A stretch of 64,000 nucleotides of DNA from Balanoglossus misakiensis (taxonomy: Eukaryota; Animalia; Hemichordata), in assembly GCA_040954595.2 (NCBI GenBank), contig CM082587.2, positions 1,139,500-1,203,499 of the forward strand. Direction: 5' to 3'. A program made the position numbers and the translations under genes. Below the pieces are notes generated by a model. It made no database searches and was not told the DNA's origin. It saw only the letters and a list, made by a program, of their open reading frames with translations. The stretch's first letter is position 1. The number at the start of each line of letters is the position of its first letter. Shown here one piece after another: positions 50,601 through 64,000 of this stretch.

Positions 50601-53168
50601 CTTTATATTCATTTTCCTTCCTCTTGCAGTTCTTTGCTTTAGATGTCTATTCCCCTGATGGAAAACCTCTCAGTGTTGGTGATCTGAAATCCCAGTTAGA
50701 AAAGATTGTCAACATGTCTCCAAGGAAGACAAAATCTGTTGGTATTCTCACAACTGAACATAGGAACACATGGGGCAAAGTCTACAAAAAACTGAGAAAA
50801 TTAGGTACTAGCTCTTCTGTGGTACACACAGATTTGTTGTTTATCTTTCCTGTATGAGAGAGCGAGACAGACAGACAAACAGAGAAGTCAAGGTGCATTT
50901 CAGTACAAGTTTTGGTATAAAAGAGTAAATAAATTTCAATCCATACATTACAGATAAGACAAACAAACAAATCCTGTCAACGATAGAACGATCCATCTTT
51001 GTACTCTGCCTGGATGAAGCAACAGAAGGTATCTCCCAAGATCAGAGACCAAATAATCTAGGTAACCAAGTATTATACGGAGGAGGAACAAATAAAAACA
51101 GTGGTAATCGGTGGGCTGATAAAACATTACAGGTATGATTGTTACTGTTGTCTCTTTATGGCCATACGCCTGTCCAGGGATATATATTCCAGTCATGCCT
51201 GAACTGATTTCTTTGTACATGCACATGTTCAGTTTGTTTTGCAAAGAGATCCAATATGGCTACTGGTCGGCCATATTGTCAGCTCCTTTATTCACTCCTA
51301 ATTTAGCTTGTGTCTCCTTTTTTTCCCCCATATGAAGATTATAGTTGGCAGAGATGGCAACTGTGGACTTTCTTATGAACATGCACCAGCTGAAGGCCCT
51401 CCTGTGGTTGGTCTTCTTGATCACAGTCTTGAATTTATGTAAGTGCATGCACAGTCTGCATACATTCAGACAGAAAGATGATTTACAAATATTATTTGCT
51501 GCATTCTTGATAATGGATCTCTGTGTGTGACATTGTCATACTTGGTTGTACAGTAACATCAAATACACGGACCTTGTTTATAGAGAGAAGATTCCGGCTG
51601 ACGCCCTGAAAGCATCGGGCAATCTTCCTAGTCCGAAACTACTTGAATTCAAATTGAATGAAGATATCTTACAAGATATACAAACTGCAGAAGGCAATCT
51701 TGATACGTGAGTATTTCAGATCTAGATTTGTTTTGAGTTGCAAGATGTGTTAATTTTTGTTCTTCGAAGAGTTGAGTTATGAGTCTGTCAAATTGATCAG
51801 CAACATGTTTATTTTATTTACAGGCTTTCTGATGAACTACAAATGCATATATTTCAGTTCAAACCATTTGGCAAAAATATTCCAAAAGCCAATAAAATGA
51901 GCCCTGATGCTTTCATTCAAGTTGCTTTGCAATTTGCATACTACAGGTAAGTCATACACTGGTAACATGTATTCCTGTTTTGTGAGATAAGTTATCACTA
52001 AATACCAAATAGTACAGAGGAAAATACAGCTTGCAAAGATGTTAAAAAGTAGTTTCTAACGTGCAAGAGTACACATGGAGTTCACACAAATATTAATGGT
52101 TATCTAGAGTCTTGTGTTGACAAGTTTCCCTGAAACTGTTGTAACTCAACATTGACTTCGTTGGTCTGTAGAATTTACAATGAGCCAACTGCTACATACG
52201 AGAGTGCGTCGCTACGGAGATATCGACTTGGTCGTACCGATACCATCCGATCATGCACCAGTGATTCTGTGAATTTCAGTCAAGCCATGTTGGACCCCAG
52301 TAAAACAGTGAGTTCCCAAATGATTCTCACAAAATTTGCATTAGAGCACTGAATAGTCGTATTCCCTACCAACAAGGAACAGGAACCCACATCACTGTTT
52401 TTGCTTTCTTTGAAATGACGTCACATATTTTTGTGTATTTTCAGCCAAGTGAGCGATTCTTATTACTTAGAAAAGCAATTGAGGCACACAAGCAATATAC
52501 CAACGAAGTAAGTTTTTTTCGAGGTGTTATTTCTGTTCATGGAAATAAAGTCTTGCTGTACAACAAGGGTTTAGGAGTACAGACATGCAACAAATGCAAA
52601 ATAAAGTACTACGATCGACTTCCTTTTACTTTCTCTCTCGAATTCCAGGCTGTCTTTGGCGATGCAATTGACCGACATATGTTGGGGTTGAAACTGATAG
52701 CCATCGAGAGTGGAGAGAATATCCCAGAAATATTTATGGACCCAGCCTATCAGACTGCTATGCATTTTAGATTGTCAACAAGTCAGGTGGGTATCAGGAA
52801 AAACATGCCTTAATTAAAGAAACTACATGTAATATTACCACATCGATAAACATTTTTTTCTATATCCCCTTTTTACATGGCGGTGTTTCATGATCATTGC
52901 AAAATCAATAACTATGGCTACATGTTTTCTTTCCCATTTACTTGAATTTCAGGTTCCATCTAAGTATGACGTGACTATGTGCTTTGGACCTGTTGTGCCC
53001 AATGGCTACGGCGTCTGTTACAATCCCAGAGAAACACACATCAACTTTTCAGTCTCAGCCTTCAACACCAGTCCTGATACAGACGCTCAGAAACTGGCCA
53101 TCTCATTGGCCGCCAGTCTCCTGGAGATGCAGCGCTTGGCCATTCAGAATCAAGGATCCAAACTTTAA
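47603..53168 (+). CDS. CRAT: Carnitine O-acetyltransferase, about 637 aa, 15 exons: 47603-47629, 49245-49448, 49551-49637, 49723-49841, 50025-50078, 50324-50492, 50630-50804, 50954-51132, 51338-51438, 51584-51706, 51824-51946, 52172-52307, 52445-52507, 52649-52786, 52953-53168
   Basis: [49 protein letters not shown] (catalytic His), [37 protein letters not shown], and [17 protein letters not shown] (Met at the short-chain-specificity position, so CRAT rather than CROT). C-terminal SKL. Exon 1 is less certain than the rest. Confidence 0.96.
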
Positions 53169-54363
53169 AATAAAGCAAATGACTCAGTCTAGTATTCCTC
53201 ACGAAATTTGATCATGGCATGTGAATTTTTGTAACCAGGAAATAACAATGGGTTTTCAATGAAATTTCGGACGTCGCAGAAACTGAAAATCTTGGGATGT
53301 GATAGTACCGGTAATAAAAAAAGCGCACATGTGCAGTTGGGACGACACTACCCCTTTAAAAGGAAATGAGGGTTATTAAGAGGTTTTGGACCATGCTGCT
53401 TTTATAAGCTAACAGAGCTCAGACTTTATTGGCCAAAAAGGCAGCTCAAAGTAATTCTAACCAAGCTGTGTTGTGATAAAGTTTTGTCTAGCATAATGTT
53501 TATTATGGCAGAACAAAAATGAGAATGAAAATCGATTTCACACGCACAAAACAACTTTTGTTGTATCATTTGTAAATACATGTAGAAAATTTTCACGTAT
53601 CAGAAAATAAATTTAAGAAGTATAAGAGTGGTATGTATATCTTGTCTGTTGTCTTGGAGTTCTCAATTCAAAGGATCAGGTATTACTTGTATTATTAAAA
53701 ACACAGACGAGGAACAGTCACCAGGGCAAAAACGGCGATTTGTTTAAATTCAAAACTAGAGCCATCAAGAACCACCTGTTGCATCTTGCAAACGAGAATC
53801 GATTTACATCAAGTCGGATTTCAACGTGATGCAATTTGTGAGTGACTGTGGTTTACGTAATTCTGAAAACATGCGGCTGATTCCGTGTATTTAGAAAATT
53901 GCAGTCTGTTTCGGGTAGTGTGCAGCAGTTTTGGAATGCTGTGTTTTGATTGGTCAGTTCCTTTGTCAGTTCACGTCTTCAAGCAGGTGTACACCAGGTG
54001 CAAAGGGGTTGCACAACGCCCCACATGTTACTTATTCGGAGTGAAGAGTGATTTCACTGACCACAAGACGCAGATCTTCTGACGGTGTGAGTCGATCTCT
54101 CGTGAGCGATCACTGGTCAAGAGTTTTCACAGGTACACCGATCTACATAGGTAAGACGGATCATAATTACAACAAGCGGAGGCGGGTACATATTGATAGC
54201 CAAGCCGGAAATCTTCGTCAGTTTCTCTCTGATCATAATATATCTAATCGCAACGTATGGGCGTTACACGTTAATCATCTGTAATTGCTGTCTAATCCGT
54301 CTACCATTTGCTTTCACTCTGTTGTGACTGTTTGCCAACCGACGGTGACAGGAATCTACAGAA

Positions 54364-55998
54364 ATGTTGCTGTGTCGAAGCATCCAAGCGCGCATCTTTG
54401 CCTGCGTTCTGTTCTCCTTGCTGTACATGATATCTGGTGCCATGTTGACGACGATCGGGATCATCAGCGGCTTGGACAAGACGACAATCATGACTGGATG
54501 CAATGTGTGGGTCGGAATATTTGTAAGTAGATCACACACCCGTTCTATATCCCTATTGGCTAATTGAAGTTCGTGCTGGTTTGCAGCCGGGTTTGGTTGG
54601 CCCACGGTTGGCCACATATTCAGCTAAGGAATGAATAAATCTCCTCCACTTCGCCCGCGTTTGAATCTTGTTTTATTTTTTCACCAATTTCTCTTCTTGT
54701 CCATGCGTATTTTAAACTGAGTTCCTTGTTTCACATGCAGGTTGTAGCTGGTTCCGTCACCATGATAGTTCTGAGTGTGTTTCCAAGAAAAGACTCGAGC
54801 ACGTACAAAAAGGTAAACGTGTAGTATGTTTGTAGAATCTTCACAGCTCAAAATAAAATTTTCTTGGACCACACTGGTCACTGGTATTCTTCGGGAATTC
54901 CTTGATAAGAATGTAATACAAGTGTCTTTTTGACAACCAACACCCTTGTTGGCGAATGATGTTTGTCTCCAGAGGGAAGTAGCTTCTTCAACACTCACAA
55001 ACAACAAATTCTCGCATTTCTGTAGATGTTTCACGTCCTGGCCATGCTGAGCATTTCTGCTGTTGTACTTCTCTTGTGTTTCATCAACCTACTTGTCCTC
55101 CTTTTGTCTGGTTATGGCGATGATCTGGAAAGTTCACAGGATGAGGAGGACGACACAGACGAATTTATCAATTATTTATTCGGTGAGTGAACGGAATATG
55201 AAAACGTTCTCATGAATTCTTCGGCCGATTTCACTCTCTTAGAATCCGACATCTGCCGAAATGTACGCTTACTATCGTTAATTCAGTTTGCGCAAGTATT
55301 GGACAGCCTAACTAGTTTGTCACCTGACTTTGATTTCAGCTCATTATCTCAGCATACTGGGCACGTGTATTGGTTTACTTGCGTCCCTTCTCGGGTTTTT
55401 ATTCATCATCTGCGCACTTGTCTTGCCTTTGAGACGTGGAGAATACGAACGCCATATGCAAGCTAAGCAAGTAAGTGTATACACATCTCCTATAATTTCA
55501 CATTACCGATCTCATCAGCAGATCAGATGAGAATAAAATCCTGTACTGGACACTTGGAAAAATATTTAGTTTGCAATTTTCAAAATCTTTATTCTGTTCA
55601 CCTGCTTGTCGTTGTTTTCAGCTCGCTCTTGAACGCCGTCCTACACCATACCATATCCCGCACGCACATCTCAAATTCAACCAGTGGTTTTATTTGAACG
55701 AAGCCGAGGTCGATGGGGAGGACGAAAACTGCAATAATGCTGAATCAGGAATGATGGTGTGTTTCATTTTCTTTTCTCAAGATTCAAAATTTGCGTTTGT
55801 TTCAAGAGCGGACTTCCAGTATACTAAAGCTTCTCTTCTTTACAGGATTCAAATGCCAGCCTCCATTCCGCTAAAGAATTGTGTATAACCGAAGAGCCTC
55901 CATCGGACATCGACGATTCTTCTGTCGTATTCCCAACGGAAACTGGTGATTCTCCTGCCGTTATGCAATTGGATAGTGTTCTTGTAACAAAACTGTGA
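54364..55998 (+). CDS. Four-transmembrane MS4A/CD20-like membrane protein, about 268 aa, exons 54364-54522, 54741-54812, 55026-55182, 55340-55470, 55622-55756, 55846-55998
   Basis: Six GT-AG exons join in phase into four hydrophobic helices. TM2, GCNVWVGIFVVAGSV, resembles the MS4A GxxxWxGxxxxxxG motif. Acidic loop DDLESSQDEEDDTDE; tail ends VTKL*. The N-terminus may extend upstream. Confidence 0.7.
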
Positions 55999-56460
55999 CG
56001 TCATCATGTCGCGCATTTCCCGGACTTAATCCTAAAATAACTGCTGCGCATTAACTTGAAAAATTAAATATATTCATATATTTCTGTATATTCATTTATC
56101 CTGTAAGCTTCTTTTCATATCCACTTGTATATTTTGCTATTTCCAGGAATGATTAAAGATATCATACCAACAACCAACGGTGCCTTCAAAGCTCGACACA
56201 TAATTCCCCCCCCCCAACATTTTTCCACCTCGCCTAAAACCTCTGACACGAATAAAATAATGTTCGTGCCTAAAGTAGCTGCTTTCCAATGAGGTGTCTC
56301 GCTATACTTGTACTAGCATTATAACAACCTCATCGTTGCACGTTTGTCCACAGATAAAAAAGTATGAAATAAACTTGACAGACTGATGCTCTTGCAATAG
56401 CAATTGAATCCGATCGTTGGCAGCTTGGTGCTATGTATTTGATATCACAGTCACGTGATA

Positions 56461-59167
<2,707 letters not shown>

Positions 59168-59960
59168 TCTGAATAAATTTCACAGTAGCACCAAACTTCA
59201 CATTCTAGTCCCGAGTTTTTCATTCCTTGCAGCCAACTATAAGTTGAACCGCGTATGAACACACGGAGAGGACCGTCCTTCGTTGGTCTAGACACAGGCG
59301 TTGAACCTATCGATGGAAGAGCAATGTTATAATTAGTTAGCTGTATCTCACTTAGATTCGCTCGAATTAAAAGTCATCTCACAGTGTCCAGCCTATTGGA
59401 AAATAAGCTGAAAGTTTACAGACCCGTTTTATTTAGGTCAAACTTGCCAGACGATTTAATGCGATATCCAATTTCGAAAGCTGTGCCCGGTCACAATCTG
59501 ACAGGAATTAGGGCACTAGACCGTGTCTACGCACCATCCTCGTGTTAATTTCGTGAAATGGATTCGACGCGTCTTTAGAAATAGAGTCAATATCTAACGG
59601 GATTATTGATATCAGTGCAAGTTTTTACTTTATTTTCAGTGACTGCATAGGTCACAGAAAACTGCATTTTACGTCAGAAACAGAGTGATGTAAGGCGCTT
59701 TTGCGAGAATCAAGATCGATATCTCCACCGAGCAGATCGATATTGGTGTATTGATGTGGTAATCTGCGTCCATTCATGATGTAATGGCGATTACCCGCAA
59801 TGCGCATCAGACACCGTTGTGGTTAATGACCTCACCCCCAACTACACTGTAGTGCAGCTCTTGCTGCGGTAGCTCCATGGTTGGAGGCAAAACGAGTATT
59901 TAATCAAAACACACAGCAACCCTCAGCTGCCTTGCAAAGCTAAAACTGGTATCATTTTAT

Positions 59961-60027
59961 TAGCTCTGCGTTGCAGGGCTGTGTCTTACGGCGATGTCTC
60001 TACACACAGCCCTGCCACGTAGAGCTA
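59961..60027. mobile_element. Tiny TA-bounded inverted-repeat element (MITE remnant)
   Basis: TAGCTCTGCGTTGCAGGGCTGTGT (59961-59984) versus ACACAGCCCTGCCACGTAGAGCTA (60004-60027): 22/24 complementary. Confidence 0.6.
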
Positions 60028-61057
60028 GCAAATCTATGTACAGGTCATCTCAAAGACGTTGAGCGTTTTTGGTCTTTGAAGCGTACAATATCACACACAG
60101 TAGACCTAAACTGATCACGTATCAATCAGATAAAGACTGTTGACACAGACATTAGAATCATGCCAGTGCACCCTACCTTTATCTCTTTGAAAATGACGGA
60201 CAGATTCTAGAAACACACTAGCCGTCCTACTCTGCTTCTGCGTTTATCCGGGTCACTCTCCAGACGTCTTCTATCCTGGCGTTTATCGCCAAAGCAGTAA
60301 AAATGCACATAATTAAGTCGAATCCCCCCGTAAATAGCCTGCGTTAATGGAGGTTAAAGGTTACATCTCCTCTACTTTACTCAGGCTATTATCAACACGA
60401 TGCGATCAGAATTCCGTGTTTTCTTTTCTCGATTTGCGCTGCGCTGGGCTCCTTCCAGAATCTCAAAAGCTTTCGAAGTGACTGTATTTGTTCTTTCACT
60501 CTTTTTCTTTTCGCGTTTGGTTCTGCTCTCAGAAAAATATATGCGGTGTGTAGACTAACCTTGACGGCCACGCACTATACCGACATTTCTCCCACCAGCT
60601 TCATTGTTCACAAACCAGGATATTCTACCCGTTTCATTCAATATATTTGCACATACTTGACTTATGCCACAAGTCATCTGGTGGTGGCGCTATTCAATAT
60701 ACGTAATAAGACATGACAAAAGTAACAATACACCACGTTTTATATCGTAATTATTGTCTATTCGATGGTACTCTTTCCACAGAATATAGCATATCAATAA
60801 ACTTTATTGTGATGCTCAGGGAATGATCAAAAAGATCAAACGTTAGAGGTCAGGGAAAGTGAACTAAACGATCAAAGTGTAAAGATGCCAACTTTCTTGG
60901 AAATTGGCATCATATTTGGGGTCAGTTCAGTGGGGTTAGATTTCAAAAGCATTAAGTGTTGCAGCATGTTTTCTTTGATGTTGCTCAAAGATGTTGCCAG
61001 TTGAGTTGCATTCACTGCAGCATGAAACTTTGATGGGTTTTTTAAGTTTCAGCAACA

Positions 61058-63759
61058 TCATTTCTTCTCCTTTGCCTTTTCTTTTTCTGCTTTCTTCACT
61101 TCTGCTTTTTCTTGAGCCTGGAAGATGGGAGGCAAAAAAAGTTATTGTAGAAAATGACTGAAAAGGTACACTGACATAACATCTGTGCTCTGATTGGCTG
61201 ACGCACTCTGTGAGGCAATAGAAAGCCTGCAAGCTAGCCTTAGATGATACAAACCACGTTAGTTTCCAGAATGAGAACCCACCTTTTCAACTAATTCCAA
61301 CAGCTTTCCTTCCTTGGCTAGCACCCGGAGAAGTTCCATGATCAACGGAAGATAGTTGTGTTTGCGACGAATGTTTTCTATCTGTACATGGAAGACCAAG
61401 AGAAAGATGGAAAATATATTTTATGTCATCAGTAATTAGTGTTCTGGACTAACTTGTACATCATTAAGCACCAATTGTTGCCACTTTTAACCCATGTGCA
61501 CACCATCCCAAACTTACCTTGTATTTGTGAAATTTCTGTTCTTCAAGAGCTATCTTCATTTCTACATTGTTTATTTCAGCTTTGATTGCTTCTTCTGTTT
61601 GAGGTAATGATGAGTCTTCATCTGTTTCCATGACTTCCCCCTGGTTGCCATAGGGATTGAAATACAGTGATAACAAATTCTCATGAGATGTCTTGCTATA
61701 ATGAAAATTGAAATATTATTCAAATAATACAGCTGTCTGGTCTTCCTATCACACTGGAATGTTCCACTGTCCTGCACTTTTGGGTCAAAGGTCAAATGAC
61801 TCACCTGACCCTGCAAGGCAGCCAACCTCCTTTCCAACTTTTCTTTGTCTCTCTGATATACCATTGTACGGTCTGACACAATAGCCATTAGGTTAAAATG
61901 GATTTCCTCTGCACTGTATCTGTAAGCACAAAAGAGATGAAATTCTACAACTGCCCTTTAATCCTATATCCCCAAATATGACATTTTATTGTCTTAGGTA
62001 GTCTCTGAAAAGAGTCGGTAAAATATTCTTCAAACAATTATCAACTGGGCATATTTCACTCACTTCTGCATCCGCTGCTCTATAACTGGTTTCACTATTT
62101 TTAACCAATCATTCTGCTCACATTTACCTGTGAAATATACAAACAATTATTAAATATCTTCATTGAAGGGGCAAAAGCACTCACTTTTGACACTGAAATA
62201 TTCTCAATCCTTAACTCCTGTATATAGATATAATATGTGAATACTACTGCAACACAATTGTTAGCATTGACCAAAATCAAAAGAACTGAACCTCACCTAA
62301 ATCAATGGGTCCATCTTTGAGGCCGTCTAACTCATACAACCTGCCATCGATGGGTATGTATCCAACAAAATGAAAAACATCATCGTCCTTATTGGCTAGT
62401 TTGGCATCAAATTCAAACATCTGATGTCTGGTGAAAAAGAGAAGAGATCAAATTGTGAGAAATCTGACATTATACACTGAAGACTGCAAAAATACAAAAT
62501 ATCTGACATAGATAATTTTTTAATTCATCCAACAAGGTCATAGACCTACCTTGAAAATCCATTGTGGACTTGTTTTATAACTTCTGAATTGCTAAGTGAA
62601 AGCCCTTTCATCTGTGAAGAATAAATTTCATTTTCAATTCCGTCAATTTTATCGTCAGTATAAAATGTTTATCAATTGGAAATCACCACATGTGGAAACA
62701 TGGATCAGACGCTGAGAATCAGTAGACAAGAGACTGAATCTTACCGTGGCATCAAAACTCTGACTGAATTCTTTAAACTCGGACAAAGTTGGACCAAGCC
62801 CAACATCTGAGTGGTTACAATTTAACAGAATACTCAGAATGGCTTGAGTGGCGCATGCGTTGTTGATGACCTGTAAAGACAGAGGGAAAAATAAAACCAA
62901 GGCACAGAAACTAGGAGAAGAGAAATCAGCCAATCTTGGATGCTCACCCACTTTGCTGGGGGTACCCAAGAAGTCTGTAGACACACCCCCTTTGACAATA
63001 AGCGGGCATATATAAATATGAAATAACTTTATACCTTGAAGTTATGGGAGAAGAAATATTCTTTTTCGAAAGAAGCATGCTACGACATTTACATCATTTA
63101 TAATTAGTACCGCATACCTGTTTGGCGAAAAAGATCTTCTCTAGTCTGTTGTCCTGAACAACACTACCAGAAGGTTCATCCCCAGGTCTCCATTTAAATA
63201 GAAATATCAATCCATGAACTGGTCTGAAATTTATGAAATAAAATACAATGATATACACTATAAGACATTGCTCATTTTGTTCAGTGAGTTTACAAATGAG
63301 TTGCTGAGTTTTTATTGACACTTTTCACGCACGAAATCGACACAATACCATTAATCACTAGATTTTCCAAGACACTTATATTCGTATGAAGTTTGTGGTA
63401 CTCACTTAAAATTTGACAAGCTATCCTCATCCAAGCTCCAGATTTCCTCAACCTGTACTCCTTTACAACCTATGGAGGAAACAAAGGACATGATTCATGG
63501 ATACTGGAATTTGGAACGTTCCACGTACGGACACCGGGAAATGCATGACAAGCATGATTTGACAATACACGTGGACGAGATATAAACATCATACTGAAAC
63601 TGTTGATTGGGGTTGCATCTAAAACCTGACAACATTCCCGAAAGGTACAGAGACATGCGAAGCAAGTGTACACATCTTACCGAAACCCCGAATCAGCTCA
63701 GTAAACACTCCAGGATCGCTTTCGATGGTGCACCAGTCTCCAGCTGAACTACCCGCCAT
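61058..63759 (-). CDS. UCHL5: Ubiquitin C-terminal hydrolase L5 (UCH37), about 342 aa, 11 exons: 63681-63759, 63406-63469, 63118-63223, 62745-62870, 62550-62611, 62297-62427, 62064-62127, 61805-61919, 61518-61640, 61283-61381, 61058-61117
   Basis: [48 protein letters not shown] (catalytic Cys), FHFVGY (His), [11 protein letters not shown] (Asp), [32 protein letters not shown], and a KEKE-rich tail. Confidence 0.97.
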
Positions 63760-64000
63760 ATTGAAGAATGATTACACGCATGCGGATTGACCTTACACGA
63801 CCTCTGACACTGGCCAGGTCAAATGGGAGTCTTTTTTTGTGTCGTTCATCTTGTATGACTGATTTCTTATGTTTTAATCCTATAAAAATACCATTGTATT
63901 TAAATTAAACGAGTAAACTACATCGTCTGTGCAATTTTTATTTACTATATGCCCCAAAACATAAGGCTGGGACCCAAATAAGGGCTACATTTCAATAAAT

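Noticed and set aside
53320-53359. Possible TTAA-type transposon end (...gacgacactacccctttaa) in the CRAT 3'UTR
   Set aside because: No matching opposite TIR was found in the window.
61782-61794. Perfect DR1 GGGTCA-a-AGGTCA in a UCHL5 intron (similar motif near 33223)
   Set aside because: TGACCTTTGACC-type words are often abundant in aquatic animal genomes. It is isolated and adjacent to a splice donor, so it was not promoted without a background count.

Overview
Eukaryotic, AT-rich, intron-rich animal DNA. Gene content, intron structure and repeat style suggest a marine invertebrate, possibly a deuterostome such as a hemichordate, but the species cannot be fixed from the sequence. Ten protein-coding loci were assembled by hand from GT-AG splice sites and reading-frame phase. 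In order they are: the 5' part of RXR (minus; A/B-domain exon plus two candidate first exons, with the DNA-binding exons beyond position 1), URM1 (-), POFUT1 (+), an intronless IER2/IER5-family gene (+), an intronless cytosolic sulfotransferase (+), PTPA (-), CRAT (+), an MS4A/CD20-like four-TM protein (+), a UST/HS2ST-family 2-O-sulfotransferase (-) and UCHL5 (-). Main points of interest: (1) the CRAT-PTPA-IER block appears to keep the order and orientation of human 9q34.11, within a proto-MHC-paralogon-like neighbourhood; (2) RXR has two alternative first exons that echo the RXRA and RXRG N-termini; (3) consensus DR5/DR4 nuclear-receptor elements lie in and around RXR; (4) a GU-rich, strand-specific hairpin sits in the IER 3'UTR; (5) PTPA has a duplicated terminal splice acceptor. 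No rRNA, tRNA, CRISPR array or intact transposase was seen. All exon boundaries and motif calls are manual and need RNA-seq or alignment confirmation.
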